A DNA stretch of 64,000 nt, from IMG/VR virus record IMGVR_UViG_3300046010_010555, positions 5,336 through 69,335 of that record; one strand, written 5' to 3'. Below the pieces are notes generated by a model. It was not told where the DNA came from and searched no databases. It was given only the letters and a program-made list of their open reading frames with translations. The DNA comes from a virus. The stretch's first letter is position 1. Every line of letters begins with the position of its first letter. The position numbers and the translations under genes were made by a program. Positions 55,085 through 64,000 of the stretch are shown here, one piece after another.

Positions 55085-55438
55085 TTAGGTGATTTGGTTA
55101 GTGTCAGTAGTAGGTATCCACGACGGGGTTAGCGACTGTGAACTTAGCCGCGCAACACGCTGTCGTTCTATTTGCTCGATAACACGGTTTTCGAGGTCCC
55201 TTACTTTATCGCCTAGAGCTGTTTTTGTCCATGCAACGGCCTGTTCACTAGTCACCTGTTCGAGCGGAGTAAATCCGTCAGGATCAGTATCACCAAGTGA
55301 CGCACCGCTCTGGATGAAAGCCTGCAGGTCTCCGTCTACTCCCTTAATGTCGAAATGCGTTCGGATAACGACGTTAGAAAGGTCATCTTTATTTATTACT
55401 TCAAACCGAGTGATGATCCACTCGAGTGCGATAGCCAT
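55085..55438 (-). CDS. Tail-fibre-associated protein
   Basis: W.I......L.NVV, F.P....T.EQ...W motif; directly after the tail fibre. Confidence 0.6.
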   Translation of the reverse strand: MAIALEWIITRFEVINKDDLSNVVIRTHFDIKGVDGDLQAFIQSGASLGDTDPDGFTPLEQVTSEQAVAWTKTALGDKVRDLENRVIEQIERQRVARLSSQSLTPSWIPTTDTNQIT

Positions 55439-55454
55439 GTGTAATCCTCAAAAA

Positions 55455-58382
55455 TTAGGCCATTAAGACTTTTTTCCACGCGCCATTGTATACATAAAAG
55501 TTGTTATTCGTAGTGTCGTAATACATAGGAACGCAACCTGATACAGCAGTTGGTACGCCAGTAGGTGCGCCAGCCGCAGAAGGTATGTAGAAAAATCCGT
55601 TAGTCATAGCTGCCGTTCCAGCCGTACCATAGATATTACCCGCGCTGGATACAGTCATTCGCACGGTATCAGCGGTGTATAGCAAGAGACTCGAACTCTC
55701 TCTGTTTCTTACAACAGCTTCGCCTGTACTTGCCAAACCTATCAATAGACCATCGGTAGCCGTTGTACCCGTTCCTGAAGTAAGGTACTGGGTGTAAGCA
55801 TTACTGGCTTCATACACTGTATGCACCCAGTTTCTGATGGTGGTTGTACCAACACTAACAGTAGAGCCGTTCTGAACAGCCCCGTTGAAACGATTCGGTG
55901 CATCGCCGTTAGCGTAAAAATTGTATACCTGACTAGGCGTCACTGTCCCCGACGCGGTGATAGCGGCGAAGGTAGCGGTAATCGAAGATCCGTATGTGAA
56001 CTGAGTGGCGTTGACAACCGTCACGCCCATACTAGAACCCTGTTGATTTACTCTGACCGTACCAGTTCCCGAACCCGCACCAGTAGCCGTAAAGCTCACT
56101 CCCACAGTGTTCGAACTAGCGCCTATAAGCGTGAAATTGGTAGTCCCGACGGTCAAAATAGTACATGTAACTCCAGACAACAGCGCTGTAGCATTCGCCG
56201 TTAGTGGTACTGTTACGCGCTGGCCAGTGGTTAGACCGTGAGCGGCTGCGGTGGTAATCGTGACGACAGTACCAGCAGACGCTACCGAACTAACCGAGGA
56301 GGAAGCTGTGCCTCCGGAGGTAAGACTTACTGAGTTGGCAAAAAAACAATAGCTGGTGGTGGCGTCTAAGGCGTTGCAATAGTACCCCCACTGAGTGTTT
56401 ATAATCAGCCCGCCACTTGTATTACCGCCTAAGTTCCCTAAGTTAGCATGATAGTGGTATATCGTACCGCCTGTACTCGACGCTGCTGACTGGATGGTCG
56501 GACTAGACGAAAATGCATAGGCGAAATAGTTCGCGGCTACGCTCACCGGCACCAGCTGCGTGTTCCTGATCCCGTACCTTGTGGATGCCCCCGTAAGATC
56601 TTTAGAGATTAAGAGCGTCGTACCCGTAGATGTAGTATTTCCAATCCCCACTTCGCCCGTGCTATCAATCCTAAATCTTTCAGTATTAGCTGTGTAGACC
56701 TGAAAATTTGAAGACCCCAATCGCAAAAGTAAGTTTTGCGTAGCAGCACCTGTCTTCTGGGCGAATTCAAATGAAATCCCAGCATTGTCATAAAGATTTA
56801 CGAGGTTGCTCTCCGCGCTACCAGAGGTTCTATTCCAATAGACAGCCATTCCGCCGCTGCTATCAGAAGCGGGCAGCGTCGTTGTGTTATGCGCTCCTAT
56901 AACCGAGTATCCTCCCTTTACGTGCAGTTTGTAGGACGGAGCCAACAAGCCAATTCCGACATTACCATTAGCGTCAATAACAAAAGGCGAACTATCTGGA
57001 TTGGTATCGTCTTCAATCAGAAGAGCATTGCCAGCGCCAGTCTGCGTGATGCGTAGAGCGGCAGAAGTTGAAGAGGTGCTTACTGTTACGGGGCCACCAA
57101 AATAGTTGTCAGCAGTGCCAGCAGCGTAGAAATTCCATCGCCCTGTGCCGGAGGCTACAGTTGAATAGAATCCGAAGTTGTTAGTGCCGTTCGTTAGCGG
57201 ATCGCATTGAAACCCGAAAAGATTCGTTATGATAGACCCAGCACCTTTTGTGCCTTGCGCCGCACGAAAGTTTTGAACCGCGTTAAGCGTAAACGCTGTT
57301 GCTGCGGTGTTTATAGTAGATAGGTACCCGACACCTTCAGCCGTAACAGTGCTACCGTAGGTGGGCGTATTGTTTATATTGTAGCTGTAGGCATTCACCG
57401 GGGAACCTGTTATATACAAGGTTCCGTCATTTCCGGGTGTCCTACCAATCCCCACCCTACCCGCGTTATCAATCCGCATCCGCTCCGTAGGAGTAGAAGC
57501 ACCATCAGCCGTTGTGCTGAACACCAGCCTTCCGGGCATGTCGTTGGTGCCGGGAGTGCCGTCTACTGAGGATACTATTGCGGCTGCTTGTATATATGCA
57601 GTGCCATCGTACCCGAAAAATTGAGTGTCCCCAATCGAATCTCCCGATACGACTACAAGCGGAGATGCGTTTGTACCCCTTGCTTTTCTAAAGGAAACAA
57701 CTGACTGATTAGCGTCGGTGCTGGCGCGTGTAAGTTGCAGAAAGTTTCTGCCGTCAGCAACCAAATTCAAGTTTTCTGTGGCTGTCGTTGCCCCAATAGC
57801 AACTTTTCCGCTTGCATCAACAATAAACGGCGTGCTATCAGGATTTGCACTATCCTCAACGACCAAAGCATTGCCAGCGCCCGTTTGTGTGATGCGTAGG
57901 GCATCTGAGGCGGAAGCGGCTACGACGTTTAGTCGCGCCCCCGGAGAAATAGTCCCGATTCCCACATTGCCAGAAGTGTCGATGCGTACTTGTTCAGCAC
58001 CGCCCGTGTAGAACGTGATAGGCAGGTACGTGCCCGCACCGTAGTAGTCGGAAGTCAGACGAACATCGTTATCGGAACCCGACACGCGCAGATCAAAGTA
58101 CGAGGCATTGGTCAGAGTCGAGCTGTTGACGCCATAGATACCTGAAGTGCTGCCAGTGCCGTTAGGCATGATCCCAACAAGCGTAGTGCTGTTAGCCGTT
58201 GAGGTTTGGAACAGCAGGCGATTGGTTGCGATAGGGTCACTGAAATTAGCCTTTATCCTAGCGCCGGTACCCGTGAACGTCAGGTCTCCTGAGATAGACG
58301 CTGAGGTGAAGTCGATAGAGTCAGCGGGTTGAAGCTCTTCAATGGTATTGCCGTTCAGGACTAGGGGGTAACGAATTGCCAT
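55455..58382 (-). CDS. Tail fibre protein (beta-repeat modules)
   Basis: Repeated ERMRID..GNVGIG and ALRITQTGAGNAL modules; DMPGRLVFST. Confidence 0.85.
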   Translation of the reverse strand: MAIRYPLVLNGNTIEELQPADSIDFTSASISGDLTFTGTGARIKANFSDPIATNRLLFQTSTANSTTLVGIMPNGTGSTSGIYGVNSSTLTNASYFDLRVSGSDNDVRLTSDYYGAGTYLPITFYTGGAEQVRIDTSGNVGIGTISPGARLNVVAASASDALRITQTGAGNALVVEDSANPDSTPFIVDASGKVAIGATTATENLNLVADGRNFLQLTRASTDANQSVVSFRKARGTNASPLVVVSGDSIGDTQFFGYDGTAYIQAAAIVSSVDGTPGTNDMPGRLVFSTTADGASTPTERMRIDNAGRVGIGRTPGNDGTLYITGSPVNAYSYNINNTPTYGSTVTAEGVGYLSTINTAATAFTLNAVQNFRAAQGTKGAGSIITNLFGFQCDPLTNGTNNFGFYSTVASGTGRWNFYAAGTADNYFGGPVTVSTSSTSAALRITQTGAGNALLIEDDTNPDSSPFVIDANGNVGIGLLAPSYKLHVKGGYSVIGAHNTTTLPASDSSGGMAVYWNRTSGSAESNLVNLYDNAGISFEFAQKTGAATQNLLLRLGSSNFQVYTANTERFRIDSTGEVGIGNTTSTGTTLLISKDLTGASTRYGIRNTQLVPVSVAANYFAYAFSSSPTIQSAASSTGGTIYHYHANLGNLGGNTSGGLIINTQWGYYCNALDATTSYCFFANSVSLTSGGTASSSVSSVASAGTVVTITTAAAHGLTTGQRVTVPLTANATALLSGVTCTILTVGTTNFTLIGASSNTVGVSFTATGAGSGTGTVRVNQQGSSMGVTVVNATQFTYGSSITATFAAITASGTVTPSQVYNFYANGDAPNRFNGAVQNGSTVSVGTTTIRNWVHTVYEASNAYTQYLTSGTGTTATDGLLIGLASTGEAVVRNRESSSLLLYTADTVRMTVSSAGNIYGTAGTAAMTNGFFYIPSAAGAPTGVPTAVSGCVPMYYDTTNNNFYVYNGAWKKVLMA

Positions 58383-58394
58383 GTATATTCCTTG

Positions 58395-58829
58395 TTAGGT
58401 CGCTGTGATTACTGCTGTCGTGCTGGTGGCGGGAGGGAACTGCACCGTGAATGTGTTGTTGGTCGGCATGTATGTGCCGCCGAAGTTGAGCACCGCTACC
58501 GCTGGTTTGCCTACGGCTGAGTCGTTGTAGATCATAGCCCCTGCCGCAGAGAACGACGCGGCTAGCCACACGGAGTCATCAAAGTCTACGAAAATGGTAG
58601 TCCCCGCTTGACCGACGCTTTGACCTGTTAAGACATTCCCGCCTGTAGTGTATCCACTGCCGTTAGGCACCTCACCCGTGGTGCCCGTGTAGCTTACCGT
58701 AGAAGAGTTCAGATCGGCGCTAGCCGTGTATAAGGCAATCTTGAATGTGTCTCCGCCAGTGGCGAAGTTGTGCACGCCTTGGAATAGTTCGGATTTGAAT
58801 GTCGAAACAATACTTTGGGTAATAGCCAT
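58395..58829 (-). CDS. Virion structural protein
   Basis: MAITQ....FK.EL..G.HNF....FKIALYT, GYTTGG, AVAVL.FG. Confidence 0.7.
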   Translation of the reverse strand: MAITQSIVSTFKSELFQGVHNFATGGDTFKIALYTASADLNSSTVSYTGTTGEVPNGSGYTTGGNVLTGQSVGQAGTTIFVDFDDSVWLAASFSAAGAMIYNDSAVGKPAVAVLNFGGTYMPTNNTFTVQFPPATSTTAVITAT

Positions 58830-59464
58830 TACGTCACCATATCCCTGACTTGCCCTTTACGGTATGTATCACCTCTATTCTTACCATCACCCAACTGTTT
58901 CAGTTCTGCCATAGCTTCTTGGAATTTGGCTTGATAGGTTTGAATCAGTTCAGGCTCGCCTTTGAGGTAGATGTACGCTTCGACTAGCGTACCCCAGAGC
59001 AGCACATTGGAGAAGTTGACTCCCAGCCAGCTCGTCCCTGCGGTTACGATACTCGGTGGGTAAGCGTAGTAATTTACGTTCAGCGAGTAGACGGCATTAG
59101 GCGTCGGCCCCAGCGCTATTTGAGTTGCGTCGTTCAGCGCATAGGTTGTGGGAAGGCCGGTAGTCGCTGGAAACGGATAGGCTTCTCTGATGTAGTTCAC
59201 ATCCTTGTTCAGCAGGTATACGTACCCCTCTGTAGGGCTGATGACGGCTACCGAGAACATAGACAAAAAGCCAGAAGGCAGCGTTACATACTGATTGCTT
59301 GCTACGGTCGATAGAGTGGCAGTCTGCCTAAACGCAGGGAGCTGGACGCTGTTGTTTACTATTACCTCGGTGTTCTGAACAAACACAGGGATGTTAGCGA
59401 CGAACGTAGGTTCGTCAACTTCTGTGAATTGCTGTATGGCAGTTCTAAGGCTAAGATAGTCCAT
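58829..59464 (-). CDS. Head-tail adaptor-like protein
   Basis: Y..L..AI..F.E, LL.KD...IRE.YP, PTP...Y....Y, LL.G.LVEAY..KG. Confidence 0.7.
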   Translation of the reverse strand: MDYLSLRTAIQQFTEVDEPTFVANIPVFVQNTEVIVNNSVQLPAFRQTATLSTVASNQYVTLPSGFLSMFSVAVISPTEGYVYLLNKDVNYIREAYPFPATTGLPTTYALNDATQIALGPTPNAVYSLNVNYYAYPPSIVTAGTSWLGVNFSNVLLWGTLVEAYIYLKGEPELIQTYQAKFQEAMAELKQLGDGKNRGDTYRKGQVRDMVT

Positions 59465-59466
59465 AG

Positions 59467-60282
59467 CTAAATCTGTCCGACTAAAGAATAAAGACCTTTT
59501 ATTTTATGCGGTTTTGTTATAGCGCAATGGATAGTCTCTCTAGTCACACCAAAATGCGCTGCTGCATGTTTTCTGGATATAAATGTTACTTGAAGTTCTG
59601 GGCAGTACACAGGCTTGTATTTTGCCCTAGCCGTCCTATCCCTAGCCTCTTTTGGTTGTGGTTTCTGTAAATTCAGTAGTAATTTAGCCTTAACCGCTGG
59701 ATCGCTGACCGCTTTTTTTATCCCTTCTATCCGCTTGGCCCGCACATTCTGATCGCCCCATGACTTCTTAACGGTTTCAGAACGAGACTTTAGCGTGCGT
59801 CCTTTTTTCACATGCCCTTCCCAACGTTTAACCCCACCCTTGAATTGTATCAGCTTTTTGCCTTGCTCCTGCTTAGCCTCTAAAGAGACAGCAGCGGCCA
59901 TTTTAGCTATAGTGGTCGCCCTCCATTTAGGATCAGCCCAGCGCTTTTTAGCGGCGTAAGAGCGCTTTGCGCGTAACTCATAAGGAGTTATTCTAATGGG
60001 ACTACCCGCACCACCTTTAGTCATGTTGTAAGCGGGGGCCAAATCCGCTATCAACGCTACTTCAGCAGCATCAAGCCCATTTTTGTCAAAAGCTATGTAG
60101 GCTTCCACTATGCTAAAGGCACGCTCGCCATAAATGCTAATCGCTCTACTAATGTCAAATTTGGGTTTTTTTGCGTTTGCTACATGCGCCCGCCATCTAG
60201 CTTTTACAGGCTGGATCGTCTGCCCCACGTACTGACAATGGGTGATTCGATTAGTCAAAATATAGACGCTCCCGTACCTCAT
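59467..60282 (-). mobile_element. Free-standing GIY-YIG homing endonuclease gene
   Basis: SVYILTN....QYVGQT...RW..H, E...I..L...YNM..GG; basic NUMOD-like C-terminus. Confidence 0.85.
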
Positions 60283-60285
60283 ATT

Positions 60286-60465
60286 TTAGCCTAGTTTATT
60301 GCTGCACTTGGTGCCTTTGGTGGCTGCGCCCGTACCGCGAATCTTAACCGTCTTGGTGTTCGGTATGTTGTTCGGGTAGCCGTTACCATGCGGCTGCGGT
60401 ACGTCCTTGATGCCGCGATACTCTTCAGTACCCTCAGTGTGCTTGCTGGTGTCGTATTTAGCCAT
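60286..60465 (-). CDS. Small basic protein (59 aa)
   Basis: MAKYDT...KIRGTGAATKGTK; TAATG overlap. Confidence 0.6.
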   Translation of the reverse strand: MAKYDTSKHTEGTEEYRGIKDVPQPHGNGYPNNIPNTKTVKIRGTGAATKGTKCSNKLG

Positions 60466-60701
60466 TAGCGACCTCTTCCAGAAGATTTCTGATTCATCGC
60501 ACGAGACATGTTCTTGCCGAATTTCTTGCGATCCATAGAAGTCGGGCCACCTTTCTTCAGACCTTTCATAGACTTCTGTTTGTCGTGCTTCTTATCCATC
60601 GGGGACTTCTCCCAGTCACTGAAAGACATCTTGTGTTTCTTCGCAAGCTTTTTGTCCTGCGAAATGTCTTTGCTGGAACCTTCCCACATATCTTTAGCCA
60701 T
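60465..60701 (-). CDS. Small Lys-rich protein
   Basis: LKKGG...G.NM.R..NQ; GAGG RBS. Confidence 0.65.
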   Translation of the reverse strand: MAKDMWEGSSKDISQDKKLAKKHKMSFSDWEKSPMDKKHDKQKSMKGLKKGGPTSMDRKKFGKNMSRAMNQKSSGRGR

Positions 60702-60712
60702 TTCAATTACCT

Positions 60713-61039
60713 CTAAGTAATTTTAACAAATACATCGTTCAACGTAAAATCAACCTGCTGAGTATCGACAGGATTGAAAGCAAAAAACCCACGGGAAGCA
60801 TTGAGGTTTGTATCGGGTCTTGGATTGCGTAGTGCTTGCGGATCATCTGCGGCCTTACGGGAGCCTATAATACCGACCCAGTTTTGCGGGTGGTCTATTT
60901 CCCAGCACTCAGGACAAACCCTCTGGTTTATGATCTTGCCAAGGACTACGTACGTTTTGAGCTTCGGTAAGTCGTATCTGAACCCGCAACGGTCACAGAA
61001 ACCAAACGCTCTTTTCTCACTGGCAAATCTGCCGCCCAT
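60713..61039 (-). CDS. Zn-ribbon phage protein
   Basis: FAS.K.A...CDRCGFRY...VCPECW..DHPQ...[11 protein letters not shown]. Confidence 0.7.
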   Translation of the reverse strand: MGGRFASEKRAFGFCDRCGFRYDLPKLKTYVVLGKIINQRVCPECWEIDHPQNWVGIIGSRKAADDPQALRNPRPDTNLNASRGFFAFNPVDTQQVDFTLNDVFVKIT

Positions 61040-61744
61040 TTACCAACCCCTGCCGCCAACGTAGCCGATATGCGGGATAAACCGCACCGGAGCGCGATCT
61101 CTGTCTTCCTGCGCGGCTAGGTCATACGCCTCATCATACAGCTCTTTCAACGCCGCAATACGATCCATAGCGTCAGGAGTCTTCAATGCCAGATAATAGG
61201 CTAACCCTGCGATGAGGGCGGGCGTAAACCTAAACGGTATATCCATTGTGTTAGCACCTGATTGTCCTGCATCTTGGATGCGACGTAAGCGCCAATAGAC
61301 AAGAGTGTAACTATTATCACTAGCAGTAGGCCATATTTTAACGTGCGGTATAGGAGAGACTCGATCCACATAGATTTGTATAGGTCTTCCGGTAGCTAGC
61401 TTATTGGGGATAGATGCGTAGGTCGGTAACGCAACTCGGGCTATCTGAAGGTCAACTTGGTTCGCGACACTGCCGGGGTTCTGCCGAATTACATGCTCAA
61501 TGATGTCTACGGTATCTTCAGGTAGGTTGTACTGCACAGTGCCTGCGGTCAACGAGATTTGTCCCTGCTCTATAGTCCAGAGATTGAGTCCTTTGTTGGC
61601 CCACTCTTGAAACAATAGGTTGAGGCTGCGTCTTGCTGTGCGGAACTGGTATCCTGTCCTGACCTCGACTCCGCATCTTTCAAATGCTTCCTCGATGATC
61701 TCGGTCATGTCTGGGTTCCACGATGCCGTACCTGATGTGCTCAT
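61040..61744 (-). CDS. Head-tail connector or tail tubular-like protein
   Basis: EIIEEAFERCG.E.RTGY...TARRSLNLL..EWAN.G.NLWT, IPNK...GRP.Q, PFRF.P....GLAYY. Confidence 0.7.
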   Translation of the reverse strand: MSTSGTASWNPDMTEIIEEAFERCGVEVRTGYQFRTARRSLNLLFQEWANKGLNLWTIEQGQISLTAGTVQYNLPEDTVDIIEHVIRQNPGSVANQVDLQIARVALPTYASIPNKLATGRPIQIYVDRVSPIPHVKIWPTASDNSYTLVYWRLRRIQDAGQSGANTMDIPFRFTPALIAGLAYYLALKTPDAMDRIAALKELYDEAYDLAAQEDRDRAPVRFIPHIGYVGGRGW

Positions 61745-61745
61745 G

Positions 61746-62006
61746 TCAGCAGTTCCATGCTCTCAAAGATTTATTGATGCGGCTGTTCGGGTCTTTAGCA
61801 GTTTTCGCAGAAGTGTTGACTTTCTTCATGCCTTCCATGCGAGCGCAGAATGATTTCCTGCGGCTGGCGTCCTTCTTGGTTTTCGGTTTCGGCGCAGGGG
61901 GTTTCAGGTTCATACCCTGAGCTTTAGCGCTAGCGCGACCCTTTGCGTTGAGACCACCCTTCGGGTTCTTACCTTCTGCTCTAGTCCATGCTGGTGACTT
62001 AGCCAT
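61746..62006 (-). CDS. Small basic protein (DUF6321-like)
   Basis: AW.R.EGKNP.GGLN.KGR, RRKSFCARM, DPNSRINK.LR.W.C. Confidence 0.7.
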   Translation of the reverse strand: MAKSPAWTRAEGKNPKGGLNAKGRASAKAQGMNLKPPAPKPKTKKDASRRKSFCARMEGMKKVNTSAKTAKDPNSRINKSLRAWNC

Positions 62007-62164
62007 TATTTCTTCCTCGCAGCTCTCATGTTATCAACGAGATTCGGATACGGACGCCCTGCTTTCTTAGCCATAGCCTTAGCCGCAGTCTTCTTAGCCG
62101 AGCTTAGTTTCTTTGGCTTGTCCAACCCTTTCGGTCTTGGTTTGTCCCAGATTGCTTTAGCCAT
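62006..62164 (-). CDS. Small basic protein (52 aa)
   Basis: WDKPRPK...AK.AGRPYPNLVDNM; TAATG overlaps. Confidence 0.65.
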   Translation of the reverse strand: MAKAIWDKPRPKGLDKPKKLSSAKKTAAKAMAKKAGRPYPNLVDNMRAARKK

Positions 62165-62955
62165 TAGGTTTGCCCATCGTTCTTAATGAGGATCATACCA
62201 AAATAAGAGGATACTGTATTGGTACCGCTAGATGTGATTGCTCTAGCCTCTATGTCAGATTTCTCTGGTATAGCAATAGGATAAGGAAAGTCATAGTTGA
62301 CCTGCCCTGTGGCAAACACTGTTACGGCTGATGTTATGAATGGCGAACCTTGGTTGCTAATTACCAATCGACCCGTAACATACCCAGCACCAGTGTCCTG
62401 CCCTGATAACCCGCCTACTCTGAAATAAGCCGTGTAGCCTGCGGGAACGGTGTAAACTCCTGATGCTTCTTTGTTGAAGCCGGGAGGAACCAATTCGTGC
62501 ACAACAGCCGGTACGCCTGTGGTTACAGTACCAGTGCCTACATAAAGCGTGCCGACGTTGCCGCCATTTACGCCCTTGTCAATGACCGTGACCCCTATTA
62601 CGCGCAGGTAGGTCTTAGTCGTAGCTACCGCTGTTTGCCCTGCTAGCGTGACCTGCTCTGAGATTGGGTTGTAGTTTTGATCCAAGCCTTCAATCAGAAC
62701 AATGTGTGCACCTGTACCAGAAGGGGATGTGTCGTTAGCTGAACTCGATGATACAGTCATCGTTGCAGCGGTAGTCCGGTACACGCGGGCAGCGGCTAAA
62801 TTCCAGATGGGGATTAAGGCACCGTCTACTACTGTAGAGTACCCAAACTTATAGACCGTTGTGTGCCCTGTAATCTGCCCACGAGAAACCTGCAAGTCGA
62901 AAGGCTCGTAGCGCCCAACTCTTGAGATAGAAGAAACAATACTTCCTGATGCCAT
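62164..62955 (-). CDS. Virion protein (beta-rich)
   Basis: LQVSRGQI.GH....KFG, SSSANDT...GTGA....I.GLD, YTVPAG, IPEKSDIE.RA. Confidence 0.65.
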   Translation of the reverse strand: MASGSIVSSISRVGRYEPFDLQVSRGQITGHTTVYKFGYSTVVDGALIPIWNLAAARVYRTTAATMTVSSSSANDTSPSGTGAHIVLIEGLDQNYNPISEQVTLAGQTAVATTKTYLRVIGVTVIDKGVNGGNVGTLYVGTGTVTTGVPAVVHELVPPGFNKEASGVYTVPAGYTAYFRVGGLSGQDTGAGYVTGRLVISNQGSPFITSAVTVFATGQVNYDFPYPIAIPEKSDIEARAITSSGTNTVSSYFGMILIKNDGQT

Positions 62956-62961
62956 TATCGG

Positions 62962-63426
62962 CTACCTTTGTTGAGGTCTTCGCACAAGCATTGCGTTAGG
63001 GTCGCCTTGAATTTGCAGTCCTTGTGGAGACATGTATTGACTGAGGCTGGGTGGCTTCCCCCACTGTTGTAGTGGGTTCTGCATTTGGTCGGCAGGATGA
63101 CCGCCGACGCCACCATCGCTACCGCTTTGGTCAAACCCCATTTCTACAGGTGGGTATGGCACTCCAGTATCCGGGCCGCCGACGTTTTGCACAGGCGGTA
63201 CATTGTTGTTCAACGCCGGAGGGTTCGGTTGGTTGGGTTGCCCTTGCTGTGGGTACTGCATGAAGTTCGAGTTGGGCGAAGCGAAATTGTTATACCCCGA
63301 TTGCGTATTGAACTGGGGCATAGGGTTCACTTGCTTACCGAACTGCAATGGCGCGTTTAGCGGCCCGCCCCCGGCGTAGCCGGGGGGTTGTTGGGCCTGT
63401 CCTTGTGGTTGTCCACCGCCAGCCAT
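62962..63426 (-). CDS. Gln/Pro/Gly-rich low-complexity protein
   Basis: Start MAGGG at 63426 via TAATG overlap. Confidence 0.55.
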   Translation of the reverse strand: MAGGGQPQGQAQQPPGYAGGGPLNAPLQFGKQVNPMPQFNTQSGYNNFASPNSNFMQYPQQGQPNQPNPPALNNNVPPVQNVGGPDTGVPYPPVEMGFDQSGSDGGVGGHPADQMQNPLQQWGKPPSLSQYMSPQGLQIQGDPNAMLVRRPQQR

Positions 63427-64000
63427 TACCGCATCTTCCCTTTGCCCCAACCCTTCTGGGCTAGGCCAACACCGCGTGGTTTACCACCTTTGCCTTTTTC
63501 CATTCCCTTGTTGCCACCCAGCGACGCGATACCGCCTTTCTTCAGAAGCTGGCGAGCACCGAAGTCGTGCATCCCTCTGACTCCCGCAGGAGGCGGTGGA
63601 AGCGCTGTAGGCGTTGTAGGCGCAGTAGGCGCTACCGGCTTAACAGGCGTTGTAGGCGCAGTAGGCGTTACCGGCTTAACAGGCGTAGTAGGCGTTACCG
63701 GCTTAACAGGCGTAGTAGGCGTAGTAGGCGTAGTAGGCGTTACCGGCTTAACAGGCGTAGTAGGCGTTACCGGCTTAACAGGCGTAGTAGGCGCTACCGG
63801 CTTAACAGGCGTAGTAGGCGCAGTAGGCGTTACCGGCTTAACAGGCGTAGTAGGCGTTACCGGAGGCTGCGGAACAGGAGCCGGAGGCTGCGGAACAGGA
63901 GCCGGAGGCTGCGGAACAGGAGCCGGAGGCTGCGGAGCTACCGGTGGCTGCGGAGCAGGAGTAGGTGTTGTCGCTGTAGGCGGCTTAACTCCTTTCCTTC
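63426..64000 (-). CDS. Pro/Thr-rich repeat protein (partial, 5' end outside the window)
   Basis: Open frame from 63998 to TAA at 63428-63426; ends LLKKGG...[17 protein letters not shown]. Confidence 0.65.
   Translation of the reverse strand, partial: RKGVKPPTATTPTPAPQPPVAPQPPAPVPQPPAPVPQPPAPVPQPPVTPTTPVKPVTPTAPTTPVKPVAPTTPVKPVTPTTPVKPVTPTTPTTPTTPVKPVTPTTPVKPVTPTAPTTPVKPVAPTAPTTPTALPPPPAGVRGMHDFGARQLLKKGGIASLGGNKGMEKGKGGKPRGVGLAQKGWGKGKMR
63600..63960 (-). repeat. Tandem coding repeats (PTTPVKPVT)n and (PPAPVPQ)3
   Basis: 27-bp GGCGTAGTAGGCGTTACCGGCTTAACA units and 21-bp GGAGGCTGCGGAACAGGAGCC units. Confidence 0.9.

Noticed and set aside
56955-57905. DGR template/variable repeat pair in the tail fibre
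   Set aside because: Both copies are in-frame coding modules, differences are not adenine-specific, and no reverse transcriptase is in the window
59467-60282. Group I intron around the GIY-YIG gene
   Set aside because: Flanking genes are complete and separated by only 2-3 nt, leaving no room for intron core structure
1-64000. tRNA genes, integrase/att site, stop-codon recoding
   Set aside because: No cloverleaf or T-loop consensus noticed in intergenic gaps, no recombinase motifs, and genes are full length in the standard code with TAA, TAG and TGA all used as stops

Overview
The window is tailed dsDNA phage (Caudoviricetes, probably podovirus-like) DNA with three transcription blocks. (1) Minus strand 1-7476: terminase small and large subunits, a ferritin-like DUF5856 gene, an N4/P22-type portal, a scaffold and an N4-gp56/DUF4043-type major capsid protein. 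(2) Plus strand 7903-37590: short early genes in repeated terminator/leader cassettes, an AEP primase-SF3 helicase (NrS-1-polymerase-like), about 30 small accessory ORFs (including a clear Tad1 anti-Thoeris sponge homologue and a DenV-like glycosylase), MoxR ATPase, VWA-metallopeptidase, PD-(D/E)XK nuclease, SNF2 helicase, ThyX, family A DNA polymerase, exonuclease, Gp88-like Fe-S protein and dCMP deaminase. (3) Minus strand 37866-64000: large ejection-type proteins, tail and beta-propeller proteins, a lysis cassette (M15 endolysin), a tail fibre, neck proteins, a GIY-YIG endonuclease and small basic proteins. The most striking unexplained structure is a pair of ~185-bp non-coding elements (10345-10528 and 37689-37870) in inverted orientation that bracket the whole 27-kb replication block. 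Each has GTTACA repeats, TTTGGTTA, an IHF consensus and an 18-20-bp palindrome, which suggests a bipartite or two-strand origin for the adjacent primase-helicase. Other notable signals are an apparent absence of CCWGG, modular early-gene cassettes, candidate structured RNAs and a probable mosaic junction at the tail fibre. No tRNA, CRISPR array, integrase or reverse transcriptase was seen. All family assignments come from motif recognition by eye, not from database searches.
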